From positions 1 through 30,216 of the IMG/VR virus record IMGVR_UViG_3300025251_000053: 30,216 bases of DNA; one strand, 5' to 3'. Origin of the DNA: a virus. Taxonomy: Duplodnaviria > Caudoviricetes. Position 1 is the first letter of the stretch. Each line of letters begins with the position of its first letter. Below are positions 1 through 9,528 of this stretch, in pieces. The notes below the pieces were generated by a model. It did no database searches. It worked only from the letters and a program-made list of their open reading frames with translations, and was not told the origin of the DNA. A program made the position numbers and the translations under genes.

Positions 1-618
1 AAAGAAATTATAGACGACGATGGTATAGCATCTATTAACCCTGCACTTGCGACTGCAAGAACTGCCTCTGATGAACAAGCACTGGGGCTCGCAGCCGCTA
101 ATCTAGCTAATCCAGCACGTCAAGCTTCTCCTGCGGCTATAACGCCCTACACCCCCTCAGAAGCCGTTGCAGAGACTACTACAGGTGGTTCTGGTGTGGT
201 TGACCTATTACCTGCTGTACCAGACTACACAGGAGACACGCTAAAAGATGTTGCTTCTAGGTATATTGATGTGTCTGATTCTTACATATCTCCCTACAGC
301 CAAAGTGCAGGAGCAGGACGAGGCTCATACGCGGCAGGTGGTATAGCTAAGTTAAGAGAAGGTCGATATTTAGCTGGGGCTACTGATGGTATGGCTGATA
401 AAATACCTGCTGAAATAGATCAAGTACAACCTGCGGCTCTAAGTGACGGAGAATATGTCATACCTGCTGACGTAGTTAGTCACCTTGGTAACGGTAATTC
501 AGATGCGGGAGCAAAAGTTTTAGACGAGTTTTTAGTTGAAGTGCGCGAAGCACGTACAGGAAACGGCAAGCAGGGTAAGGAAATAGACCCTAAAAAATTG
601 CTACCAAAAGTAGCGTGA
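1..618 (+). CDS. Virion/internal (ejection-type) protein, 5'-truncated; C-terminal 'DGMADKIPA...LSDGEYVIPADVV' domain
   Basis: Frame 1 is stop-free from base 1 to TGA at 616-618, so the real start lies upstream of the window and not at 196. It carries YAAGG and LSDGEYVIPA motifs of the kind seen in phage internal/tape-measure-type proteins. Confidence 0.7.
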   Translation, partial: KEIIDDDGIASINPALATARTASDEQALGLAAANLANPARQASPAAITPYTPSEAVAETTTGGSGVVDLLPAVPDYTGDTLKDVASRYIDVSDSYISPYSQSAGAGRGSYAAGGIAKLREGRYLAGATDGMADKIPAEIDQVQPAALSDGEYVIPADVVSHLGNGNSDAGAKVLDEFLVEVREARTGNGKQGKEIDPKKLLPKVA

Positions 619-629
619 GGAGATAAATA

Positions 630-1457
630 ATGGCATTAGAAGAAGGTGACATCTTAGGTAAAGAATCTGCTCTATCTAATTGGGCGGGTGATTACGTTAC
701 TGATATGCTTGGTAGAGGTCAAGCTTTAGCTGATGAAGGGTATCAAGGTTATACTGGGCCGTTAACAGCAGGGCAATCTGAGTTACAGACAAGTGCATTT
801 CAAGGCATTGGCGGTTTAAATTTACCAACAGAAAACATGGGTGCATTTACTCCTGACACGTTTACAGCAGATGCCGCTGCTAGGTACATGAATCCTTACC
901 TTATGGCATCATTAAATCCACAGATTAAAGAAGCGAGACGGCAGTCAGATATAGATAGGTTAAAAAATGCTACTCGTATGACACAAGCAGGTGCTTTTGG
1001 TGGCAGTCGTCAGGCAATACTTGACGCAGAAAACCAAAGAGCTCTTCAGTCTAATTTATCTGACATAGTGGGTACAGGCTATAGTAGAGCTTATGATACG
1101 GCTATGGGGCAGTTTAATATAGAGCAAGATCGAGCAAGAGGTGCACAAGATGACGTTAACAGATATGGGTTGGGCGCTATACAAAAACTATATGATATAG
1201 GAGAAGAACAAAGGGGTATAGAGTCTGAAGGTATTGCAGCAGATTTAGCGCAGTTTAGAGAAGAGCGCGATTACCCATACAAACAAGTGCAGTATATGCA
1301 GTCACTACTTCAAGGATTACCTGTAGAAGCTCAACAATATTCTACCCAAGGGCTTAGTGATGTAGGTCAATTTTCTGAAGACTACGGTGCGTTAGCAGGT
1401 TTCTTTAGGGAGTTAGGTAAGCCTACTAAAAAGAATACAGAGGAGACAAGTACATGA
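630..1457 (+). CDS. Putative internal virion / DNA pilot (ejection) protein
   Basis: SD GAGGAG upstream; Gln/Gly/Ala-rich helical protein with YMNPY and GAFGGSRQ motifs typical of podovirus pilot-like proteins; lies in the virion operon. Confidence 0.6.
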   Translation: MALEEGDILGKESALSNWAGDYVTDMLGRGQALADEGYQGYTGPLTAGQSELQTSAFQGIGGLNLPTENMGAFTPDTFTADAAARYMNPYLMASLNPQIKEARRQSDIDRLKNATRMTQAGAFGGSRQAILDAENQRALQSNLSDIVGTGYSRAYDTAMGQFNIEQDRARGAQDDVNRYGLGAIQKLYDIGEEQRGIESEGIAADLAQFREERDYPYKQVQYMQSLLQGLPVEAQQYSTQGLSDVGQFSEDYGALAGFFRELGKPTKKNTEETST

Positions 1458-2881
1458 TAGATCCAAATGCAATGTCTCAGGGAATAGCTGGAGCGATGCC
1501 TCAAATAGCAGCAGCAGATCCTCAACGTAGACCGCAAGGACAAGTGGGCGGAGACTTACTAAAAGCTTTAGCTGCACAGAAATTATTAAAAGAAAAACAA
1601 GCGGCGCAACGCCAGATGGCTTTAGCACAAGAGACCGATGCTAATACTGTCGTATCTAAGAATGAAGCAGAGTTAGCGCAAAGATCTTTGGACGAAGTAT
1701 CTAAAGGTGTGTCTGGAGTTTTACAAAACAAACAAAGAAACGCACAAAAAAGAATGAACGCTCTTGCAAGTGGTCAACGCAGGGGTAGACCTCCTCAAGG
1801 TTTAGCTGACGCACGTATGGCTCAAGCTCTTGCACAAGGTGGCCCAAGACGTATGGCTCAAGGGGGCATTGTAGGGTTTCAACAAGGTCAAGAAGTGGAA
1901 GGCGCAGAGGTAGACGCTGAGACACAAAGTAAAATAATAGAATACGTAAAAGAAAACCCTTGGGCAACAGCTTTAAACACAGCAGCGTTAGCTGCACTTG
2001 TTGCCCCTGTGCCTGGAGGTCGTCCTTTAGCAGGAGTATTAAAATTAGGAGCTATGGGGGCTAAATATGCTCCTAAAATAGCTAAAGGGGTAGGAAAATT
2101 ATTTACAAAACCTAAACCTGGCCTGCAAGGACGTAACTTAAATAGAATTAATACAGGCCAACCGATGGGAGAAGCTACAAAAAGACTAGGTATAACTGAT
2201 GACGTAACAGCCGCAAGTAGGCAATTTGATCCACTTAGGTCGGCTGGAGTGTTAGGAACTGCTGGAGGTATTAGTAGCCTAATTGAAGGTGGGGGAGACG
2301 AAAAAATAGTAGATACAGGCAAGGGAGATGAGGACAAAAAAGTAATAACTCCAGCGGCAACATTACCTGCACCTGCGGTAGATTCTAATTTACCGACTTA
2401 CCAAGAAAAAATGACAAAAATTGAACGTGCTTTAGCTCAAGGCGGCATAGAAAGTTTTGCTAAAAATATGCAAGATATGGATGAAAAAGAAGCTGAACGA
2501 GCAATAAAGGAACGTTCAAATGAGCTGCTTGCAGAATATAATAGGTCAGTAGTAGACCAAAGAACTCTTAATGCAGCGCAAACACAACTATTAAATTACA
2601 GTAAACAATTGCAGATATTAGTAAGTCAAGACCCTATGGTGTTAGCGGCACAACGAGCACTTGAAGCAGCCTTAGACGACGGCGATGAAAGTGATATAGT
2701 AACAACACAAAAAGCACTTTCGAGTGCACAAGGAGCGGCTACGGCATCTATCGGTAAAACTCCAAGTGGGCGAGCTCTTATATCTCAAATAAAAGCTTTA
2801 GAAGCAACATTAAGTAGGTACCAAGGAGGTAGCGCAACTGTAGACAGTAGCGGTTTTGGTGAATTAAAAATTACAGGGTAG
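1454..2881 (+). CDS. Putative internal virion protein
   Basis: ATGA overlap with the upstream gene and SD GAGGAG; coiled-coil N-terminus, repeated AQGG motifs, hydrophobic stretch (ALNTAALAALVAPVPGG). Confidence 0.55.
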   Translation: MIDPNAMSQGIAGAMPQIAAADPQRRPQGQVGGDLLKALAAQKLLKEKQAAQRQMALAQETDANTVVSKNEAELAQRSLDEVSKGVSGVLQNKQRNAQKRMNALASGQRRGRPPQGLADARMAQALAQGGPRRMAQGGIVGFQQGQEVEGAEVDAETQSKIIEYVKENPWATALNTAALAALVAPVPGGRPLAGVLKLGAMGAKYAPKIAKGVGKLFTKPKPGLQGRNLNRINTGQPMGEATKRLGITDDVTAASRQFDPLRSAGVLGTAGGISSLIEGGGDEKIVDTGKGDEDKKVITPAATLPAPAVDSNLPTYQEKMTKIERALAQGGIESFAKNMQDMDEKEAERAIKERSNELLAEYNRSVVDQRTLNAAQTQLLNYSKQLQILVSQDPMVLAAQRALEAALDDGDESDIVTTQKALSSAQGAATASIGKTPSGRALISQIKALEATLSRYQGGSATVDSSGFGELKITG

Positions 2882-2895
2882 AAACAGGAATTGTT

Positions 2896-5800
2896 ATGCC
2901 ATTATATTCTATAGAAGGCCCAGGCGGTAAAACTTATGAAATAGAAGGCCCAGAAAACGCGACGCGAGATCAGGTCATACAGGCTATACAAGCTAAGTTA
3001 ACACCCGAACAGCCGTCAGCAGAAGATGCACTAGAAGATTATTTACAGGCTAGGGCAGATGCAGAGAATGCTAAACGTACTGCTCTTGGACGTGGGTTTC
3101 GTCGTAGTGTAGACTTAACTGGAGAAGGTATAGGCTCTGCTTTAGAGGGGGTAGGTAGTGTTTTAGGACTTGAGGGTCTTGAAGAATATGGCGCTGAAAT
3201 GGCGTTAGAGAACGAGGCTCAACTACAACGTGCAGAAGCATCAGCTACAAGACGGCAAGACGTAGAGGGTCTTGGTACAGGGTTAAGTTACTTTGGAGAA
3301 ACTTTAGCAGAGTCTTCAGTTCCTATGGGTGTTGGTATTGGCACAGGTGCGCTTACGGGAGCACTTGTTGGAGGAGGTATACCTGGAGCTCTTATTGGCG
3401 CAGGAGCAGCGGCACTATCACAACTACCTTTATTTTATGGTTGGAACCGTCAACGACAGAAAGAAGCAATAGAACAAGGAATTAAGACAGAAGTAAGCGA
3501 AGGTGCAGCGTTTTTATCTGCAATACCACAAGCAGCGGCAGAAGGTATTGTTGACCGTTTGTTAGTTGGAGGATTTTTTGCGACGCCGTTAATGAAACAA
3601 GGGGGCGTGCTTACAAGAATAGGTAAAGGGTCAGTCAGAGGTGCAGCGGCTGAAGTACCTACTGAGATAGGACAACAAGTTATTGAGCGTGCCCAAGCAG
3701 GATTATCGTTGACTAGCGATGAGGCTATTAGTGAGTATATAGACGCAGGTGTAGCAGCAGGTATGATCGGTAGCACTGTGGGTGCAGCAGGTAATATACG
3801 AGCAACTACACCAGAAATGCGAGAAGAAGCTCGAAGAACAGCAGCTCAAGAAAAAATCGCAAGGCTAGAAACTGAAGTTGAACCAGACCCAACAGATGAA
3901 ATATTAGCTATACAAGGGCCGCCAGAAATGCAAGGCCCTCCAGATAGACCTACAGCTTTACCAGCGCCAGGCACTCCTGCTGTTATACGCGTTGATACAG
4001 AGGGTAAAGCAAAAACAAGCGAAGAGTTATCTGTTGAACGTGATGAAGGCATAAAAATTGCAGAGCGTGCAAGGCAAGAAATACGTAGGACTGGCGAAGT
4101 ATCATCTAAAACTATGCAGGATTTACGTAACGCTAACATACCTCTTGAGTCTGTAAGTAAGGTACTAGAACAAACAAGAATGGAGCCTAGTTTAGCTAAA
4201 CCTTTAAAAGGAGAAGCCGATGCAGATATTGGAGAGCCTATCACAACAGGAAGTAGAGCTAGCGTTCAAGATGTTATATCAACGAGAGACGATAAGGATG
4301 CCAAGGAGCCTGATGCACCTGAAGAGGCAAGAGTGGACAGCCCTGAGCCTAGCGTTAGACCTGCTGTTGATACAGAAGTCACTGGAGACGATACATTAGA
4401 GGTTACACCGAAAGAAGGTGAAGCAGCCGTAGATTTTCTCGCAAGAAAAAGAGAAGCAGAAAAAACAAAAACTCCAGTTGAAGAAGAGCCTATATTTAAA
4501 GATGAAACAGTAACTAGTCTTTCAGCGTTGACTCGTAATCAACAGGCTAATCTTGATGTAGTAGCAAGAAAACTTGAAGCAGGTGAAATAAGTAGAGCTG
4601 AAGCAAATCAAAGAGCGGTAGACATTAAAACAGGCAGAGTCCCAGCTCAAGTTCAAACCGCTAGAGAATTAAAAACTGAAGAAGTTCAAGCAGCAGAGAT
4701 TAAAAGAGATGAAGCTCAGTTAGCTGAAATAGCTGTAGGAGAACAGGCAGGGCTCGACGCTTCGGCAAGGAAAGACGTTGAAAAACAAGCATCTTTAGAG
4801 AGTATAAACGCAACTAAAGCAGCGTTTGATAAACAAGATAAACGAGGGCGAAGAACTAGATTACAGAGATACGAAGAAGAGTTTTCTACTGTAGCCACAG
4901 ACCCATATGATAGAGGGACTAAAGGCGGTGCGTTAGATTCTTCAGACTTAAAAAAAGTACAAGACCTTGTAACAGGTGCTACTTTACCTAAATCTAATCC
5001 GTTGTTTAAAGTACAAGAGCGGTTACGAAAAGCTCCTTATCCTGCAGATGTGTTGCTAGATGACGCACCACATGAAATATCGGCAAAGGTAAAAAGAACA
5101 CAGAAATCTTCTACTAAAGATCCAAAAACAGGTAAAGAAACTGTAACCGAGTTAGATGCCGCGCTTAATGAAAGAATGCAGAACTCAGTTGAAGCATCAG
5201 CGCTTTCCATAGAAAAATGGGTTAACGAGAATTTATCTGAAAAAGCTAAAGAAAAATTTGCAGCTCAAAAAAGAGAAGAAGTAAGAACTCTTAAAGCACA
5301 AGCAGATTATATAAAAAGACGAAAAACAAGCGAAGACCAGGTAATTATAAACGATAATAACATTAACATTGAGAATGAAAGAGCTAAGTTTGAAGCGGGT
5401 GAGATAACTGAGGCGCAACTTAATAAAAATATAGACCGTATTAGAGAAAAATCTGCGTTGAAAAAATTACCTTTAGATTCGGTATCAAACTTAGATACTC
5501 CTATGCACCCCGTGGTTGTAGAAATGTTAGCCGCAGGTAATCTTGAAGCTGCACTTAAAGGACTATCGATCACGAGCCAAAGTAAACGCGTCAGTGCATT
5601 AGCGAAAGTACTTGCTAACAACATAGGAACTACAAAACTTGAAATAGTAGAAGATTTAGATTCTGCAGGTGTATTTGATCCTAGAACAAACACTATAAGT
5701 TTAAATTCAACAGAGGGTTTAAACACGCACACGTTACTACATGAGATGATACATGCGGTTGTATCTGCCAAGTTAAGCGACAAATCTAACCCCACAACAG

Positions 5801-8800
5801 CACAGCTTAACACGTTATTTAAAAAGGTTAAGGGTTTAATCCCAACTGCTCGTGGCAGTACCAACTTAGATGAGTTTGTTTCTGAAGCTATGAGCAACCC
5901 AGAGTTTCAATCAACACTGGCATCAATAAATATTCAAGGTGAACCCGTAAGTGTATACCGTAGATTTATGAATATAATAGCGAACTTTGGGCGTAAGTTA
6001 GTAGGAGCGCCTACAGTATCACTAACTTACATACCTAACATAAATGACTCTCTTAAAGGTTTAGATGTGTTTTCTGCAATAGATACGTTAGTACAAGGTG
6101 ATAACTTGTTTGACGCTCTTATAGCTCCTGCACCTGAGTATAGAAACGCAGACATGTTACTACTAAACGCAACTGCGGGCGGTGTAAACGAGATGGCAAA
6201 AGCGTTTGGTACTATACAGAAAAAAATTAACAGCTACGACGGTGTAAAGAGTTTTGGGAATAGTATGTTTGACATTCTAAAAAACTTAAGAAAAAGTCCT
6301 AGAGTAGGTATTTTAAAGATATTAGGTACACAAGCTTTGGCAGACGTAGCAGAAAAAGCTGGGTTTGGTAAACTAGCTGAAAATCTACACATAGCAATAG
6401 AAGAACAACGTGGAGCTATGATGGAGTCCGATGCGGCACTAGATGTAGTGATGCGCGATCTCGCTAACTTTAGGAAAGATAACCCTAAACTTAAAGTGGT
6501 TATGGATAAACTTATTTATGATGCAGATTATGGTAGTACCATAAATCAAGTAGACCCACTTCTTTCACAGGCTGATGCTGAAGCACAATATCTTAGGTAT
6601 AAATTTGAATATTTAAACGACAAGGGAGACTTAAAAACTAAGTCATTTAAAACTAAAAAAGATAGAGATGCCGAGTATAAAAAATTTACAGACCCTAAGT
6701 ATGAGGCAGAAAAACTTAATCCTGAATCTGAAAAGATGGATATATGGAAATTACAACAAAAAGAATTAAATAAACTTAACCCTGCGGATAGAAAAAAACT
6801 GTTAGCTCAGTACACCGCATTACGTAATACGTATAGAAACATGTACGAGAAGTTAAAAGACGTACTCTTTGGTCGTGTAGACGCCGCGTTAGCAGAAGAT
6901 CCTGACGCTGCTAAAAAGTTAAAAAGTAGTGTGTTTAAAAAAATATTTAGAGCAAACACTTTAGCTGTGTATTTTCCGCTTACGCGTGAAGGTAACTTTA
7001 AACTAACCTATGCATACAAAAGCGTAGATGAAGCGCCAGAGTCTGAAGCTAACCCGTCTTACGTAGTACGCATGTTTAAGAGCGAAACAGAAAGAGATAG
7101 AGCGGCGGCAGAAATAAGAAAAGATAATAAGTTTGAAAGAGTTGAAACTAGCGACGGTGATTTTAAAGAAGCGCATTTTGAGAACGCTCCCTCATTCTCA
7201 TTCGTAGGTAAAACATTAGACGCGTTAAAAAAAGGAGATGTTAAGGAAGATGTAAGAACAGAAATTGTTCAGTTGTTTATTGATACTTTACCTGAAACTT
7301 CTTTTGCTAAATCATTTAAAAAACGTGAAAATATTGAAGGGTTTATAGAAGATTCTTTAGATGCTTTCCGTATAAAAGCTTATGACTTAGGGCGTCAAAC
7401 TGAACGTCTAGTTCATGGTAAACGTATTAAAGATATAGAACAACAAATAAGCGGTTTAAAAGTACCTGATCCTGCAGCGATGAAAGCCGAGAGCATTGTA
7501 GGTAGAGGCACTGAGGCCATCACCGCATCATTTGCCGACCTAAAAAAGGAGTTGCTGCAGAGAGGGGGTTTTGCACGTAACCCTCCTAGCGAACCTCTTA
7601 TGAAAAAAGCTAATCAGTTTGCGTTTATATACACCATTGGGTTTAACGTATCCTCTGCCATAGTTAACACATCTCAAGTACCGTTGTTTGTGCTCCCATA
7701 TCTCGGCGCTAAGTACGGATACCAACAGAGCGCATCTGACCTTACAAATGCAGGTAGGCTTGTTGGAGGAGCAAAAAATAATATACTAGCGATGTACGAT
7801 AGAAATGAACAAGGTGATTACGTAGTAAAAAGTGATATACCTAAAAACCTTAAAGCAGAATACGAGCTTATGAAACCCGCCGTGCAGATGGCAGCGAAGC
7901 GTGGTCTACTAACAACATCATTCTTAAAGGATGCTTTAGGTCTTGATGAGTCAGGCAGGAAACGTACCATTGGAGATAGTATTTCTTCCATGTCGGCTTT
8001 TTTCTTTAACCACGCAGAACGTTTTAACCGCCAAACTACAATACTTGGGGGGTATAATTTAGAGCTTGAGAAGTTGATGGGTAAATATAAACCCAACGAT
8101 AAACAAAGTAGAACTGAGTATCTTCTAGGCGCTACAACAGAACAGAAAACAGCCGCCGCTAAAGAGGCAATACGCCAAGCACAAGAAACCAACGGTGGAG
8201 CAGTGTTAGAAACAGCCCCCGCCCTTACACAAAAAGGTATTGGTAGAGTTGCGTTTATGTATAAGAGCTACGGACTTCAGATGTATTACACTATGTTGAA
8301 GTCTGCAAAAACTATGATGGACTCTGACATGAACGCTGAACAGCGTAAGATCGCGGCTAAACAATTAGCAGGTGTTCATGGCACAGCGTTATTCTTTGCA
8401 GGTGTTCATGGTGTACCGCTCTACGGTGCGTTTAGTGTACTTTACAATTTACTTATCGCAGGTGAAGACGATGATGATTTTGATACTGTTGTACGCAAAA
8501 CAATAGGAGAGGGTTGGTATAAAGGTGTACCTGCTATGTCAGGCATTGACCCATCTAACCGTATAAGATTAACAGGTCTATTATTACAAGAAAACAAGTT
8601 TGACAGAAACGCTGACTTAGAAGGTTTAATAGGGTTTCATCTTGGTGGCCCATTCTTAAGCAGTGCGAAGAGGATACAACGGGGTGCAAAAGATTTATAT
8701 AACGGGGAATTAATGCGTGGTACAGAAAGTCTTCTACCTGCAGGTGTGGCAAATATGATGAAAGCGTTTCCATTTATAGGCCGCATAGATGCAGAAGGTG

Positions 8801-9216
8801 GTTACAAAACCAGACGTGGCGATATTATCTACGATGATGTAAACGTGCTCGAACGTGCAGGACAGTTCCTTGGTTTTGCTCCTACGGGGTATATGTTAGA
8901 GCAAGAGCGAAACAATATTATCAAGGGTATAGACACCGCCATAAGTAAAAAACGTTCTAAGTTATTAAAACAATACTACGTTGCTAAACGTATGGGTGAC
9001 TTTGACGGCGCACGAGACGTAAGAAAAGAAATGCGTGCGTTTAGTAAGAAGCACAAAGAGGCCGCAATTACTGCCGAAACTATTGACCGTTCTATGAAGC
9101 AACACGCAAAAACATCTTTAGAGATGTACAACGGCATTCGTTTAAACCCACAAATGCGAGAGACTTTGAAAGACAGTCGTAACGATTGGGATCGGGGTTT
9201 ACGGTTGTTTGATTAA
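2896..9216 (+). CDS. Giant internal virion / polyvalent-type protein with zincin-like metallopeptidase motif
   Basis: 2106-aa ORF; N-terminal Gly-rich hydrophobic segments; GVFDP...HTLLHEMIH...DEFVSEA (HExxH at 5740-5754 plus downstream Glu); long helical C-terminal region; last gene of the structural operon. Confidence 0.7.
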   Translation: MPLYSIEGPGGKTYEIEGPENATRDQVIQAIQAKLTPEQPSAEDALEDYLQARADAENAKRTALGRGFRRSVDLTGEGIGSALEGVGSVLGLEGLEEYGAEMALENEAQLQRAEASATRRQDVEGLGTGLSYFGETLAESSVPMGVGIGTGALTGALVGGGIPGALIGAGAAALSQLPLFYGWNRQRQKEAIEQGIKTEVSEGAAFLSAIPQAAAEGIVDRLLVGGFFATPLMKQGGVLTRIGKGSVRGAAAEVPTEIGQQVIERAQAGLSLTSDEAISEYIDAGVAAGMIGSTVGAAGNIRATTPEMREEARRTAAQEKIARLETEVEPDPTDEILAIQGPPEMQGPPDRPTALPAPGTPAVIRVDTEGKAKTSEELSVERDEGIKIAERARQEIRRTGEVSSKTMQDLRNANIPLESVSKVLEQTRMEPSLAKPLKGEADADIGEPITTGSRASVQDVISTRDDKDAKEPDAPEEARVDSPEPSVRPAVDTEVTGDDTLEVTPKEGEAAVDFLARKREAEKTKTPVEEEPIFKDETVTSLSALTRNQQANLDVVARKLEAGEISRAEANQRAVDIKTGRVPAQVQTARELKTEEVQAAEIKRDEAQLAEIAVGEQAGLDASARKDVEKQASLESINATKAAFDKQDKRGRRTRLQRYEEEFSTVATDPYDRGTKGGALDSSDLKKVQDLVTGATLPKSNPLFKVQERLRKAPYPADVLLDDAPHEISAKVKRTQKSSTKDPKTGKETVTELDAALNERMQNSVEASALSIEKWVNENLSEKAKEKFAAQKREEVRTLKAQADYIKRRKTSEDQVIINDNNINIENERAKFEAGEITEAQLNKNIDRIREKSALKKLPLDSVSNLDTPMHPVVVEMLAAGNLEAALKGLSITSQSKRVSALAKVLANNIGTTKLEIVEDLDSAGVFDPRTNTISLNSTEGLNTHTLLHEMIHAVVSAKLSDKSNPTTAQLNTLFKKVKGLIPTARGSTNLDEFVSEAMSNPEFQSTLASINIQGEPVSVYRRFMNIIANFGRKLVGAPTVSLTYIPNINDSLKGLDVFSAIDTLVQGDNLFDALIAPAPEYRNADMLLLNATAGGVNEMAKAFGTIQKKINSYDGVKSFGNSMFDILKNLRKSPRVGILKILGTQALADVAEKAGFGKLAENLHIAIEEQRGAMMESDAALDVVMRDLANFRKDNPKLKVVMDKLIYDADYGSTINQVDPLLSQADAEAQYLRYKFEYLNDKGDLKTKSFKTKKDRDAEYKKFTDPKYEAEKLNPESEKMDIWKLQQKELNKLNPADRKKLLAQYTALRNTYRNMYEKLKDVLFGRVDAALAEDPDAAKKLKSSVFKKIFRANTLAVYFPLTREGNFKLTYAYKSVDEAPESEANPSYVVRMFKSETERDRAAAEIRKDNKFERVETSDGDFKEAHFENAPSFSFVGKTLDALKKGDVKEDVRTEIVQLFIDTLPETSFAKSFKKRENIEGFIEDSLDAFRIKAYDLGRQTERLVHGKRIKDIEQQISGLKVPDPAAMKAESIVGRGTEAITASFADLKKELLQRGGFARNPPSEPLMKKANQFAFIYTIGFNVSSAIVNTSQVPLFVLPYLGAKYGYQQSASDLTNAGRLVGGAKNNILAMYDRNEQGDYVVKSDIPKNLKAEYELMKPAVQMAAKRGLLTTSFLKDALGLDESGRKRTIGDSISSMSAFFFNHAERFNRQTTILGGYNLELEKLMGKYKPNDKQSRTEYLLGATTEQKTAAAKEAIRQAQETNGGAVLETAPALTQKGIGRVAFMYKSYGLQMYYTMLKSAKTMMDSDMNAEQRKIAAKQLAGVHGTALFFAGVHGVPLYGAFSVLYNLLIAGEDDDDFDTVVRKTIGEGWYKGVPAMSGIDPSNRIRLTGLLLQENKFDRNADLEGLIGFHLGGPFLSSAKRIQRGAKDLYNGELMRGTESLLPAGVANMMKAFPFIGRIDAEGGYKTRRGDIIYDDVNVLERAGQFLGFAPTGYMLEQERNNIIKGIDTAISKKRSKLLKQYYVAKRMGDFDGARDVRKEMRAFSKKHKEAAITAETIDRSMKQHAKTSLEMYNGIRLNPQMRETLKDSRNDWDRGLRLFD
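4220..4399 (+). CDS. Candidate overprinted 59-aa ORF in the +1 frame of the giant gene
   Basis: AAAGGAG SD 6 nt before ATG 4220; MQILESLSQQEVELAFKMLYQRETIRMPRSLMHLKRQEWTALSLALDLLLIQKSLETIH*; lies in a low-complexity linker of the host protein. Confidence 0.5.
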   Translation: MQILESLSQQEVELAFKMLYQRETIRMPRSLMHLKRQEWTALSLALDLLLIQKSLETIH

Positions 9217-9246
9217 AAAAACCGCCCGTGTCGGTAGCACGAGCGG
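9215..9246 (-). terminator. Rho-independent terminator between the convergent virion and replication modules
   Basis: Minus strand CCGCTCGTG-ctaccga-CACGGGCGG (9 bp, one G-U) followed by T7. Confidence 0.75.
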
Positions 9247-9294
9247 CCTAGTTAGGGTGGAGAGTGACAGTTATTTCCTGTCTTTCCCTCTATA

Positions 9295-9528
9295 TCACAC
9301 AGTTCTCCATATGCGAACCCCTAATTTGTTATCCTCTACTCTGACCTGACTTTCAGTCTGCCAACCCCTCGCATCGGTTATTTTTTTGGCTTGCTCTATC
9401 GCCGCCTGGGTATTGACACACAAGATAAACACAGAGGAACTTGTTACCATGTCATCCCAATTAACTATAATCCTTACCCCGTCAGGGCTGAGATCATTCG
9501 TCTTCAGTATCCCTTGTCTTATTCTCAT
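9295..9528 (-). CDS. Small conserved-type hypothetical protein (C-terminal GVRIWR)
   Basis: 77 aa; overlaps the primase 3' end; G-x-R-x-W-R C-terminus as in small phage proteins found next to primases. Confidence 0.65.
   Translation of the reverse strand: MRIRQGILKTNDLSPDGVRIIVNWDDMVTSSSVFILCVNTQAAIEQAKKITDARGWQTESQVRVEDNKLGVRIWRTV

Noticed and set aside
196-618. 140-aa ORF starting at 196
   Set aside because: The frame is open from base 1, so this is the C-terminal part of a longer gene.
1413-8773. Minus-strand ORFs within the virion genes (e.g. 5307-5897, 3846-4244)
   Set aside because: They are antisense shadows of long genes, Ser/Leu-rich, with no motif or convincing SD.
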